The position numbers and the translations under genes were made by a program. Shown piece by piece: positions 11,646 to 24,617 of a DNA stretch of 64,000 nucleotides. The stretch comes from Penicillus capitatus. Lineage: Eukaryota > Plantae > Chlorophyta. The notes below the pieces were generated by a model, which was not told the DNA's origin, searched no databases, and worked only from the letters and a program-made list of their open reading frames with translations. The stretch spans positions 1,894,081 to 1,958,080 of the forward strand of contig OZ287696.1 in assembly GCA_965649825.1 (NCBI GenBank), given 5' to 3'. Positions within the stretch are counted from its first letter, which is position 1, and each line of letters begins with the position of its first letter.

Positions 11646-12582
11646 ATGCCACTGCCTCCACTCGAGTACAAGAAACCGCTGGTCGTTCCTGCCCGGTTTG
11701 GCGTGGACACTGCTAAGTGGTGACTGTCTTGAACGTTGCCCTGCTGACAGATCTGAGCACTCTGCGACGGTGTTTCTATTACATGGACTGGGAGACACGT
11801 GTGATGGATGGTCGGATATGGCGACCAAAAAGATGTGGGGTCAAAACCTGCCACATGTGAAGTTTGTCCTTCCCACCGCACCAGTGGTATGGAACCCAAA
11901 TTTCGATTTGGAAGCTAAACGGCAAAGCCGTGCTGTTAGCGTCCAATCGCCAGGAATGGCGGCTTTCCCTCTACTGCGTGGTATGGTGTGAGCGCCATCA
12001 GCCAAGGAGAACGCAGAACAGACGAAGAAGGGATCCGTGAAAGCATCAGGTCACAGCAAAGCACCCCGTTCTCGAACGATGTCTGTGTTCTGCAGATTTC
12101 TGACGACTTTGGTGGAAGAAGAGATTGAGATAGGGATCAAGCCAGAACGCATTGTCATCTCTGGGTTTTCTCAGGGAGGTGCAATGGCCTTGGCCATGCT
12201 TCGATCTCCGCACAAATTCGCCGCCATCATCGGTGCATGACATCGTTAAACACCTCCTCTCTTCATAACACATCCACAGGGATGAGCTGCTATCTGCCAA
12301 CGCTCTCTGATGAGCCGAACGTATCCGAGGCCAACAAGAAGACGCCGGTGCTCATGTGCCATGGACTCTACGATACGATGATTCCTTTGAGCCGCGCAAA
12401 GCGGTCCTTTGAAGTGACGATCCCGCACCTGTGCATTCTCATCTCCTTCAGATGTCTTCCAGGTACTCGAGAAAGAGATAGAGAGCGTGCGCTTTGTAGA
12501 GTATGAGATGGAGCATTCGGCATGTCACAAAGAAATGCAGGATGTGCAACGTTTTCTCGAAGCTGCCTTGACGGCTGAATAG
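11646..12582 (+). CDS. Acyl-protein thioesterase / lysophospholipase-type carboxylesterase
   Basis: MPLPPLEYKKPLVVPAR-SEHSATVFLLHGLGD, PHVKFVLPTAP, ERIVISGFSQGG (nucleophile), PVLMCHGLYD (Asp), MEHS (His). Confidence 0.92.
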
Positions 12583-13385
12583 AACGTGCTATGTGTGTTG
12601 TCTGACACTCATGTTTTACCATAATCAGCTTTATCTCTGTCGCACAATGAGGAATGGGCATCAAACACGATCGGCTTCTGGATTGCTTGGGTGGAGTGAG
12701 TTCTGAAGGACACCGTCGTCATGAAAGAAACGAAATGGAGACGATCGGTTGTTCCTTTTCACGAATGTGTTCTGGGGACCAACGATCGTGCGGGCAGAGT
12801 GGATTAGCTCCATTGCATTCTATCCTCGCGTCCTTGTTCGATGACGCATATGAGTGCTTCTTCCATAAGCCACATTCGCGGAATATGCATGTTTGGGTCC
12901 GTAGCCTTCGGCAACTAGAATGATGGTGAACTCTTGTCGGAGAATGAGAAGGAGTGGACGGATGGACGATCAGCAATTGATCGTTTCCCCTCATCTTCAC
13001 GTACGGCTTAAGCAAGGAGATGGATTCCCATAGGCTTCATAAATGTGTATGTTAACACCCTGATCTGCCAGATCCTCATGTTCGTCAGCACATGAGAGAA
13101 ATAAACACTGTTGTGCATGAAAAGAAGCACTCATCTTGGCCTTCACAATTAAAAAAAAAACCAAAGAAAACAGCTAGAGTGTGTAGTGGAATTGCACATG
13201 GCACACACGATCTTCTGACATAAGCAGACAAAAGCGACATAACTTGTCCAACAGTACGGATGCCACCAGCAACGATCCACAGATCGAAAGGCATTGAGAT
13301 GTTCTGTTCATGAAGCATGGTCACGCACTCCTACAATACATGCAGAAAGGGGAACGATGTCGAACGAGCCAAATAACGATTGGAT

Positions 13386-16300
13386 TCACATGTCATGGGA
13401 TCGAGCAGCGTTGGTCGAAGATGTTGTCAACTGAAGCTGGCCTCTGACCTGTCCACCGACAATCTTCCGCACCTTCACTCTTCCCGCCTTGATTTCCTTA
13501 ACGTGTTCTCGAATGTCCTTTGCATTCTGGCTCAGTTTCAGCGGCTCGATGATCACACCTTTACGCGTCACCATCTAAGAACTGAAGATAACGAGGAGAG
13601 AATTAGAATGTCAGATTTACTTTCGGGCGAACAAGATCCTCAAACGCAGCCGTGGTGTTGAAATCTGGCCCAAGCGGATGCCGTATGCTCGCTTGGTAAG
13701 CTTCCACAGACGAGAAAGTGTGCGGGATGCTCGATGCTCTATACTTATCGAGGTGATGGTTTGGCGTCTCACTGATAAAAACAAAAGGCTTCTTGGCATC
13801 TCTCCGTTTCTTGACAGCCTCTTCGCGTTTTCTGGAATGACAAAGCTGAGATAGCCTGCCAGAGATGGAAGATGGAGTGCGACCTTTGGTTCTTGGCCCT
13901 CTGCTCTCCCATCCATCTAGGTTCTTTCTGTTCGTCCTTCCATCGACCCCATCCGGGAAGCAGCGAGATCTCTTTAGCCTTGGGAAGCTCTTGAGCGACT
14001 TCTGCTTCTTTCTCTGCGCGAAACTCATCATGCACATCGTCATCAGCGAATGCCATTTTTATGAGCTCTGCTTGAGATAGCTCTGCTTCTTTTGGCCTAG
14101 CATCTAGCTGGATAACCGACGCTTCTGGTGCAACAGAAGTGGCCGCTTCGTCCTTATGGCCTGTCTCTTGATCCTTATCCGCTGGATCGGCACTAGGAGT
14201 GTCTGCATGTAGCAATGTCTTTTCAATAGTGTCTGCTTCTTCTGGCATCTGCAAGATGACTGTTTTGATGTGACAGATCACACAAAGACATGCACCTGTG
14301 CGGTCTCTTTGTCTGTGCCTTCCTTTGACAGACCTCTGAAAAGGAAAGATCGATGCACGTCCGCGATGCGCGCATTGCTCTTCTTACTGATGCCCTGAAC
14401 AAACAGAACGGTCTCGCCGCCGCACATCTCTCGCGGATAGAAGAGACTTCAGAGGAGATCGTTTGGTCAGTCATAGGGGTGGATGCCTTTTCAGAGTCAC
14501 GGAGACGTTTCTTGGCAACTTTTTTGAGTTTCTCCGATAGGCGGCGGGCTCCGTCCTCTTCAGAATCTGACGACTGCGTGCGTTTCTGGGCCTGTTCTCC
14601 TTCGAACTGCATTCTGGCCTTGCCGATGTTGTCCTCCGTCTCTTTTGTACCGTCGATCTCATGCAGCATCTTCTGTGCCGTTTCCTGCATTTCTGCCTTT
14701 CGTCTCTGCATTGCCTTCTGCATAAAGGGCAGTCCCATCAGCCCCTTCCTGGGCACAGATTCCAGATCTGCTCCGCCGTCCAAGACCTTCAACAGTTCCT
14801 TCCTCGTCTTCCTGTACTGCGCCTCTCCCTCATTGTCCGAACCACTAAAAACAGAGCTCTCACACAAGCGGTATACAAAAAGGCAGCACCTTGACGAGGA
14901 TGCCTCGTCTTCAGACGAGCCAGCCTCTGTCGACTTTATCTTTTGTTTAAGTTCCTGACTCTGACGCAACTGCTCTTCTAGTGCCTGCTTTGTCTGTTCG
15001 TCTGCTACTCCCCATCCTCGTCTCATGATTCTTTTAGCAAATCTGTTCATTGTGCTATGCTTCTGGGTCAATCTCTCTTTCATTCTGCTGTATGACATAT
15101 CTTCCAACAGTTTCCTCGCAGCTTCTTCGCTGCTCAGGCCGCTGAACTTAACAGCCTTCTTTCGGATCGCTCTTTGCAAGCGTCTGTGATATTCCTTGCT
15201 CTTGATCTTCTTGATCCGCCTCGCTTTGATCTCGTGATGAAAGAGTAGAGAACGCATCTTTGCCAGTTGTCCCCGCTTTTTCTTTAGCTCTGCCAAAGTC
15301 ATGGACTTCAGTGCGTGTTCGTCTTCTATCTTAACGATATCCTCTTCGGTGGCTGCGCCAGACGATGCTAGAATGTCTGCCATTTCTCTTTCCATCTGCG
15401 ATTCTGGTTCCAATCCGTCGACCATGTCTTCCAAAGTGTGTGATTTTTCAAGCCCTGCAGATGGCGGGCAGAACTCCAGTGTTGGAGCCATTCGGTTGGC
15501 CTAGAAAGCCAGTAGACAATCATCAGAACACAAGGATGCACAGCAGTGTTCTTACATAAACGAGATCGTCCCACTTCGAAAGACTCTGAACGGCATTTTC
15601 ATAGCCAGCTTTACGAATATGCCGATCCTGAATGCGTTTCGGCAGCGGCACAGCCAACGGTCCCTGTTTTTCCAGCGACTCCAGCGATTTGCGAACGTTC
15701 TTGAGCAACGCAGGCACGGCTGCCATTCCGGCTGTCAAATCTGATATCTGTTCTTTCTGCCCTGGCACGTACATAACCCGTAACCCTCGTTGCAAAGGCA
15801 ACAAGCATCCAAATCATACCTCCTTCATCTACCAACACATGAAAAGCACCCTCAGGTCGCGACTCCGATCGCACTGCCCTTTGCGCTTTCTTGGGACACT
15901 CTCCCAGCACAGCAGACTTTAACTTCCTATCGGCACCATCACAGAGAGCTGTCTCAAGGAAGGGTTACTCTTTCTCCATTGTTTCTTCTTCGATGTCATC
16001 GTCGCCACTGTCAAAGATCTCTTCCAGTTCTTCGTCGCTTCCAAACAGCTCATCCACCTATGCAGAGATTCACAGCAATGGATCATCCATCTGCGAAATC
16101 CACCTCGTCTGGATGATCCACCGTTTGGATGACGTCTGAGTCGACTGGCATGTCGCTATCAAACAGGTGAGAGAACTGTCGAGCGTCCTCTGGTGAGAAA
16201 GCTGTTTCTTCGTCAATCTCTTCATCATCCCCTGCCAGACCCAACTCGAATTCCCCGATCCCTTCGCCCGTCTAACATGTCCCCGGATCAACAAGAGCCG

Positions 16301-16454
16301 AGTGGGAAGGCAGAACGTCAAATTTGGCTGGGTTCTTTTCTTCTTCGAGTTGGAGATCGGCGGCCGTGTAAGCATTTGCAGCGCACGGCGTTTCTGACCG
16401 CCTCTTTCGCCGTCCGCGTCGTTTCTTCTCGTTCGCCGCCCTGTCGCGCATCAT
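13386..16454 (-). CDS. UTP14: U3 snoRNA-associated protein 14 (SSU processome)
   Basis: PLAVPLPKRIQDRHIRKAGYE, RSLLFHHEIKARRIKKIKSKEYHR, ERLTQKH, LPGWGRW, IPHTFSSVEAYQASIRHPLGPDFNT, TRKGVIIEPL. Confidence 0.93.
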
Positions 16455-16495
16455 TTCGTCGATAGACGTCGCTCAAAATGCGATAGACCATCATC

Positions 16496-18216
16496 ATGTC
16501 TAGGGTTTCGCTCAGTCCAACCGCGGGACGTCTTTTTCGGAATGCGGTACCAGGTGCAACGATCCGAGAGGTTGCGCCGATCCGTTCGAGAATCCGAGCC
16601 ACCCGTCGTCGACAGAGTCGCATCGCAGCGCAACAGACAGACGTCCTGCCCGCCTCCGTCGCTGTCCCCAAAGGAAACTGGACAGTCCTCGAACGCGGTG
16701 TCACAGCGCCGGAAGGTTTCCGCGCTGCCGGTTCACACTTTAGACGACGTCTTCGCCACTCAGTCGGAGTTTCTTGTGCTGCAGCTCTTTCGGCCGGACT
16801 GCGCAGCAGTGGGAAGAAACCAGATCTCTCACTCGTTGTGTGCGATGTCCCAGCTGTCGCGGCAGGAGTCTTCACACGAAACGTCCTGACAGCGGCGCCT
16901 GTTATCTACGACAAGAAAGTGCTCGAACGGCATCGTCATATCCGAGGGGTCGATCTCCACGCTCCATGTTATGTAGTATCCAATGAAGTTTCGTTTAGGT
17001 GTTGACAAATGCCGGACAGGCAAATGCCGCAACGGGAGATGACGGGTACCGAGACGCAGAAACATGTGCATCAGCAGTTTCCCGGCAACTTCATGTTGAG
17101 CCAGAGGAGATCTTGGTGATGTCCACTGGCGTCATTGGCCGTCGTATCCAAATGGAACGTCTCTTGGAGCACATACCGAAGCTAACAGAGAGTCTGGAGA
17201 GCGGTGCCAGGATTGATGCCGAGGTCGCAACGGCCATCACCACCACAGGTGCTCTTAAACACGCGCAAATTGTCCCCTCAGAATGGACGTTTTCAGATTT
17301 GGTATACAAAAGTGCAGCACTGGAGTTGGAGATTGATGGGAAAAGAGTGACACTTGGCGGAATGTGTAAAGGATCTGGTATGATCAATCCAAATATGGCA
17401 ACCATGCTTGGACTGTTGACGTGCGATGCCCCGGTCGACGCATCTGTCTGGAGACAAATGTTGTCTCGTGCCATGGACTTGAGTTTTAACAGGGTCACAT
17501 CATCTCCGATCACACTGTTGGATCATAACCGACTGGTTTTGCAGATCTCGGTAGATGGAGACACCAGTACGAATGATACCGTCCTAGCGTTGGCGAGTGG
17601 AAAAGTACCAATGGCTAAAATTTCAGATCCATCCAGCGAAGCAGGACAGAAACTTCAAGAAGCATTGAATGCTCTCTCGCAGGTTTCCTTGTCTCGGAGA
17701 GAGAGATGGGTAACGAGGAGACATGTGATAGGCTCTGGCAAAGTCTGTTGCGTGGGATGGCGAAGGGGCAACCTGTCTGATCGAAGTGGCCGTTTCCGGA
17801 GCTAAGACAGCAGACGATGCATCAACGGTCGCCAAGTCCATAGCCAGCTCCATGTTGACCAAAGCAGCAATTTTTGGGCATGATCCTAATTGGGGAAGAA
17901 TCGCGGCCGCTGCTGGATACGCCGGTGTACCCTTTTCTGTCGAAGAACTGGATATCACACTCGGTGAGATGCCACTGCTGAAAGCAGGCACCCCAGTCGA
18001 CTTCAGTCCATCCGAGGCATCTCGATACTTAGAGGTAGATTCTTGGTCAGTACTCCTTGACAAGGTCTGTCCACGTTTGTGTTCTAGGAGCAATGTGCCA
18101 AACGCGGAACCGTTTTGATTCGTGTTTGTATCGGGACAGGATCTGGAAAAGGAGTGGCCTGGGGATGCGATCTGAGCTATGATTATGTCAAGATCAATGC
18201 GGAATACACGACGTGA
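16496..18216 (+). CDS. argJ: Bifunctional glutamate/ornithine acetyltransferase ArgJ with an organellar (likely plastid) transit peptide
   Basis: [66 protein letters not shown] and terminal [18 protein letters not shown]-stop. S/R/A-rich N-terminal extension. Confidence 0.97.
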
Positions 18217-19114
18217 AGGAAGACGCCGGGATGCATGTAGACCGATAGATTCATGTAATTCGGGAATTGTCATCTGAGATCTCTTAGAACCCCCTCGGCG
18301 GTTTGGGCATCCAATGCGGACAACGTTTCATTCGCTTTTCCTTCAAATCTATTCAGCCAACGATCTCGAATGCGATGCTGCCGCAGTGAAGACGTTTTCG
18401 CGCTCGTAGCACAGTATTGAGTCAATGGAGTGAGTGAAAGGTTTACCGTCAACGACGCCTACTGGCCTGTGCGTTGAGATGCAGAAAACGAAACGTAGAG
18501 TCACGTCGACCGCACGACGATTCCAAACGATGCCTTGCATTGCGACGCACGACTTGTCCCGGATGACGTGACCCGCTTGGCATTGTCTTCATTCGGGTCT
18601 CAAGTGAGAGGAAGGTTGGAACGCCTTGACGATGTAAACGATACAGGCGATATAGGTATCATCGTGAATAGACCCACCTCATAACGATGAAATCGTTGCG
18701 CATTAGAAAGCCATCCACTGCAGGAGATGTAGAAGTCATGTCGCTTGCCGCAGCCATCGAAGACGGTTGGGTCAGCGCAGAACCAACCACCCCTGGTGCT
18801 GACCATTCATTGGTGACGGCAGGTGTCGGACTCCGACCTGGCTTTAAATAACCATCGGGTAATGGATGCGGAACGAGGCCTGGAGTTCGCCGCTGTTAAC
18901 TCTTAAGGTTAGGCAAGCTTCAACCACCGCACGTATTTAAGGACGGCATTCATCCTGTAACCAATCTCGAGTTCCCTGTGTTATCTTCCGAGTGTGTCTT
19001 TATCGTCGTCGTTCCCGTTGAGTCTCGACTTTGAGTTATTCAAACGTTCACACGATTCCCGACACAACTCAAACCATTCACGACCACCATCGCAAATTCT
19101 TTTCTTCAACTGTC

Positions 19115-21239
19115 ATGTCGAGATGTCCTCTTCAGATGCCGTCGTCTATTCGATCGTCGATGTCGACAGACACTGTCGTTCCACGTCGTCACTTGAACGG
19201 CGCCGCCTAAAAAGATCGTGTGTGTGCAGGGGATCAAAGAGAATAGCATCGATGCTTTTCTCGAGGTTTTGCAAAGAGAGAGTGATCAACACCTGCACAT
19301 TCTGCTGAACCTTCCTACGCCAAATTCGTCTGTGCTCGCCTTTCTAACAGCTCTTCAGGATCGACAAACTCTGGATGCAGTGTATCTCGTGGAAACGCCA
19401 TCGTTACAGGGTACGTGCTGACGCCCTCTATTCCGTATAAGTACACGTATCTTTCATCAGTTCCGGTTCGGACCTTGGATGTGGCTGACGTCGTTCAGAG
19501 CGTTTCGCTGACTGCCGCTGCTGGGCGAATGCAGAATGCAGAAGTGGATGTCTTGCTCCTTGAGCCAGATCACGTTGCTGTCAATGGCGATGCGTCTGTT
19601 GATCTGACAGCCTTGGCACTGGCCATGCTTGCCAAAGACGCCAACGTTCCGCTTTACCTCATCACAGACACATCGACCATGAGATGGGATGTCGTTGACG
19701 GTAATGGGATCAGAAAAGACATCACTGCGGATAAGGCCGTGATTTCGGCCGATCTGATCCACGGCATCGTAACGGAACGTGGCATCCTGCATAAGGAAGG
19801 AACCAAATTCGACGTCACATCACTCGACCCATCTGGAAAGGCCAGCAACTCACTTTGCAAGTTTTCGGAGTTTCTGCCCTTGACAGAGCAAACCGCAATC
19901 GAATACATCCAGGCCAATCCATCCTTTGCCAAAAGACTGGGCCCTCCTGGAGTCCAGCTAAAATGCTGGGAAGCAAAAGATGGCAACATTAACTACATAT
20001 ACATCGTGGAGGGTCCAGAAGGTGGACTGGTTATCAAACAGGCGCGTCCATACATTCGCGTCGTCGGCGAATCGTGGCCACTGACACAGGTTTCATTCAT
20101 ACAGATGTCACATCAGAAGGAGATCCGTGTCTATACAGGATCGTCTCCGTATTGAAGGGAATTGGATGAAGGAGCAGAACAAGATCTGTCCACAGTACAT
20201 TCCTGATCTCTATCTGTTGGATGAAACGATGTCCTTGATTGTTATGGAGTATCTGGCGCCGCCCTTCCAGTCGCTCCGTGCAGGTATCTTGGCCGGCAAG
20301 ACTTATCCCATGATGCCGAACCAAGTCGCAGAATTCTTGGCGCAGTCTCTTTTCTTTACCTCTGCCCTGGCTCTGAAATCGGATGTCTACCGAGCGAAGG
20401 TTAAAGAGTTTCATAACCCTGAGCTTTGTCAGGCAACAGAGCAGGTTATTTTTATGGATGCATACTACGATGCACCAACCAATGCTTATCTGAAACCAGA
20501 GTTCGAGCACGCCGCCGCCGATTTGAGAAATGACATCGAAGCCAAAGTCGCCATCGGCCGCCTGCGCAATGCCTTCCTGTCAAAAATGCAAGCCCTGATT
20601 CATTCTGATTTCCACACCGGAAGCGTGATGGTGAAAGAGGACGCCATGGTCGTGTTTGACAGCGAATTTGCATTCTATGGGCCAATGGCATTCGACGTGG
20701 GGAAGTTCATTGGTAACCTGCTGCTAACATTCTTTGCTCTTGATGGCCATTCGACAACGGATCTCCCCCGAGAAGAGCAGCAAGAATGGATCCTTGATAG
20801 CGTCATCCAAGTGTGTTCCGTCTGTCGAAGGACTGATGTTAGTCTTTTGAATGGTCTTCAGATCTGGGAAGGATTTCGCAGGAACTTCTTGCAACTGTGG
20901 AATGATCATTTGGGGATGGGCGATGCCTATCCCAATCCGTTGATCCAACATCCGGAGAAAGCTCTGTCGGCAATCCAAGCAGACTTCATGGATCGTCTTT
21001 TTCATGAGGCTCTTGGATTTGCAGCTGCCTGTATGATTCGCAGAATTGTGACCATCGCGCAGATTGCAGATTACACGACGATTCAGAACAGAACTGTCAG
21101 AACCGTCTGTTCAGAACGGGCTTTGAAATTTGCCAGGAGACTTCTTGTGAACGCAATGGACAAGAACGCATTCCCAGATATCCACAAAGTCATTCAAGAG
21201 GCGAAGAAAATCCAGAAGAACCCTTTCGAAACTGTCTAA
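19115..21239 (+). CDS. MTK1: 5-methylthioribose kinase (MtnK/MTK) with a fused N-terminal degenerate MTR-1-P isomerase (MtnA/eIF2B-alpha-like) domain; start approximate
   Basis: Kinase motifs DGNINYIYIV, VIKQARPYIRVVGESWPLT, QALIHSDFHTGS, VFDSEFAFYGPMAFDVG. The same uninterrupted ORF (19415-20155) carries upstream VDVLLLEPDHVAVNGD...AMLAKDANVPLYL...ADLIHGIVTERGIL, matching the MtnA C-terminal pattern. Confidence 0.92.
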
Positions 21240-21298
21240 ATGGCGGCGATTGGGCGATAGGCAATGACGGCGGCGATTCTGATCGATGACGACGTGCA

Positions 21299-23323
21299 TC
21301 AGTTGATGTAATCTCTCACTGTTTCTTCCTTGCTCTTGCTTCCTAACCAACCGAACAAGCTTGTCGTATTGCCCTTTGATCGTGCATCGTTGGATGCTGT
21401 CGTCGGCAACATAGATGATGGTGATGGTGTGCCAGATTCGGCCAGCCGATGACGAACATCTCTTTGGATGTGCATTTCCAGAATCTGCGTCTGACTCGAC
21501 ACCTTCTGCACCAGTGCGTGGTTCTCCGTCTTGAGCTTCGAAATCTCGAGCTGAAGCGACACACAAATTGTCATCCTGCGAAGTCGATCCATCTGCTTTG
21601 TGTGACCTTTGCCGATCGGAGTCTCGCAATCATCGCTTTTCGTTGATCGTCCAACGCATCGATCAGTTCATGAACGGATGTCAAAACCGCATTCTCTTCA
21701 GGCGACAGCTGTGAAGCTTCGCTCGAGACAAGACTCTCCAAGATCGCTGCATCAGAGAGAAGAGACGCATCGTGACCGCCTGTACCGTACGGACGCCTCA
21801 TGTATGCGCCAGAAGGAAGCACAGAGTTTACGTTCGATGGCATGTTCAGGTGTCGATGGCTGCACGATCTCCTCCGGCACATCCACTTGAATACCGACAT
21901 CTATCATACGGGCCGAAAGTGGTGCCGCTGTTGCAGGCATCGGTCCATTTTTATGGTCTAGAATGCCAGGTCGATGATCTGTGTATGAAGCTGGGACATG
22001 CATCTGCGCACGAAGGACATTGTTCTCTTCTCGGATGTTGTTCAAGATGTCCGTCAGACTTCGATTCTCGTTCTCGGCTTTCCGTTCCTGCTTCTTCAAC
22101 ACATCGACCTCTTCCTTTAATCTCTCTACTGCCTTCTCGAACCGAATCTCAGAAACGCGCATATCTCTCAAACGCTCCTCCAAGGAAACGGTCTCTTGCA
22201 CGAGTTCCTATCCGACAAAGAGAGGACACGGTGGTCCAGGTGTCGACACCATCTCTTACCTTCACTCGATCCTGTGCACCTTGTTCGGTGGCTCTGCTCT
22301 GTTCATAAGTCCGCTGCAGAGATTCAAAGAGCAGTAGATGTTCCTAGAGAACAGACCAGCACTCGCTATCTTTGTTCGGTTTTGAGGAGACCCGACTGAA
22401 AGGCGCGATTCATAGTTGTCGCATTTCTCCAGCGCCTCTTCAAGTTTCTTCGCTTGGATGTTGTACTCGTCCCCGAGAGTCTGATTTTCGCTTGTCAGAT
22501 TCGCCGTCAGTCTCTGCTGCAACTCCAAAGCACGTTTCAAATCGCAGTTCTCTTCGGTCAGACGATTAATGTGTTCTTGCAGTGCAGAGAAATTAGATTT
22601 CCTAAAAACAGCAGGCATTCGACAGGGTCATCCGTGAGCATATCGATTGCCACCGCTCCACTCGGTCGACAAACCGTACGGCAAGGGCATTCTCTGAACC
22701 GTGCGCCGATGCGATCTCAGAAACAGCTTGCTTTTCGTCAACCTGCTTCTCTTCTGCCGCTCTTTGTCGGACATCACTGTGGATCCCCTTCTGATCGCGC
22801 TCTCTTGTACCAGACACCTCGGCGAGTGGTTGCTTGACAGTATCCTCGACAGGGATGCTCTGTTCAAAAGCATAGGTCATCTGTTCGGCCATTAACGGCC
22901 GAGCACGGGCGTCGGTTTCGACGGGCATGTGAACGAGGCTGTCCAGCAGATCCGCACCGATCTCTTCTCTTTCGGCGGATAGCTTCTCACTCTCCATCCT
23001 CTCCAACTGAAACGCCGCCTCCATATGGGGTGCTCCTGTTTCGCAAAGGAACGCCTCTGGTCCGGCCATGTAACGCTGGAATGCATCCAGTCCTTTTCTC
23101 AAGTGGTTTTCATTGCCAGCATCCCTGCAGACACTGCACCGTCAGCAGCGCTGTCGTCTTTACAGAAGGATGAGGTCACTCGTGGCGTAGGGATGATAAT
23201 GTGTGACGCTCGGCAAACTACAGAAGCATGTTGTGAGGTGCCCACACGTGTGTATTCAATACTCGCGACACTTACCAATCGCCGACCGCAGTTCAGATAA
23301 GTCTGATAGACGGACGTCTCCAT
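21299..23323 (-). CDS. BLISTER-like coiled-coil protein
   Basis: NFSALQEHINRLTEENCDLKRALELQQRLTANLTSENQTLGDEYNIQ resembles plant BLISTER (DFAALEQHIEDLTQEKFSLQRALE...LASEN...YNQQ). C-terminal ISKLKTENHALVQKVSSQTQILEM also fits. Comparison is from memory. Confidence 0.65.
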
Positions 23324-23395
23324 AGAAACGCACTGATGTGACGGATAAGTCTTCTTCACCTGCGAATTTCGACGTTATTGACGCGCTGTCTGTCG

Positions 23396-24617
23396 ATGTC
23401 TCGCAAGTACCCACCGATCCAGTATAATCAAGGAACCGGCCCTGTGAGCGAGTAAGTACCTTGCGGCGAATCGTGACATGCATGCATCTGTGCTGTCCAG
23501 TCCACGGAGGTCGCAACAGATTGACGAATTGGTCACCGTTTTCCCAACCGTCTCACCGATTGGCGATAGGTATGGACCATGACGTGCTGCTCTCAGACAG
23601 TGCATCCTGTGAACGGACGGCGATTTAGATCGATCCTAGAGTATCCACTTCCACTCAGAAATGGACAATCCGTGCTTCTGCGTATCCTATTGCCGAATGT
23701 GTTTCCTGAGGTAAACGTATCTCATTCATTTTGATGTGACACATGTGTGATAACACAGCATGCGCCTCGTTTTGTCTTGGCGGAACCGGTGAACCATGCC
23801 CTTGTTGATTCCAATCTGACAATCAATTTGCCAATGATACGGGAATGGAGACCACAGTATCGATTGGTGGACGCTCTACTTCAGGCACAGGAGCTTCTCT
23901 CGAATTCAGGAAATGCTGCACGACAGTCAGCTGCTTCGCCACAAGGCGTGCCACAATCACAATCTCAACAGACCATGTCGTCCTCCAACTCATCTCAAGG
24001 ATCCAACAGTCCTGTGGACTCTCGAGTCGATGCCATTGTTCAATATCTGCAAAACTGCTCAGACGACGATTTGATGCGCTTTGTCACTCAAGAGGAGAGT
24101 TACCGTCAATTGGTTTCGACCATAGCGACAGAACTGAAGGTGGACGCGCAGAGCAAATGTGTGTTTGTGTGACAAGTGTGAGATGCAGATATTCGATCGA
24201 CCTCGAGAACTGGAGGAGAGAACAATCCAAGCAGCGGAACAGAACTTGGAACGCGAGGCAGAAATCCGGGACAGAAAGAACCAGATCGCCATTGTCAAAT
24301 CGTCCGACTACGCCGACACACGACGCTTGTACGAAGGCGCCGTCAAAGAGCACGAACGGCTGAACGCCCTCGTCAACATTCCTTTTCTGTTGAAGCAGCT
24401 ACAGGATCTGACAAACGAGGCATCCATGCAATCCTCTCCTGTCTGAATCCGCCAACAGCTGCGTTTGCTGTAGCTTAACGAGCGGAGCGAAGCGTTGATG
24501 ACAACTGCACTGGAAGGAAACACGGCAGCCGGAGAGTTTGTTGATGCGTATATGAAGGCCAGAGTGGAGTATTACCAGAAAGACCAGTTGGCAAAGTCGG
24601 CCGCTCGTATGCAATAG
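23396..24617 (+). CDS. VPS37: ESCRT-I subunit VPS37-like protein (C-terminal Mod(r) domain, N-terminal UEV-like region)
   Basis: C-terminus LNERSEALMTTALEGNTAAGEFVDAYMKARVEYYQK fits Mod(r). ELEERTIQAAEQNLEREAEI coiled coil. N-terminal LRILLPNVFPE|HAPRFVLAEPVNHALVD...EWRPQYRLVDAL is UEV-like. Confidence 0.75.

Noticed and set aside
12600-13380. Exon-like fragments between the thioesterase and UTP14 (similarly 10900-11500 and 18270-18810)
   Set aside because: No coherent ORF or recognisable family could be assembled by eye; needs RNA-seq.
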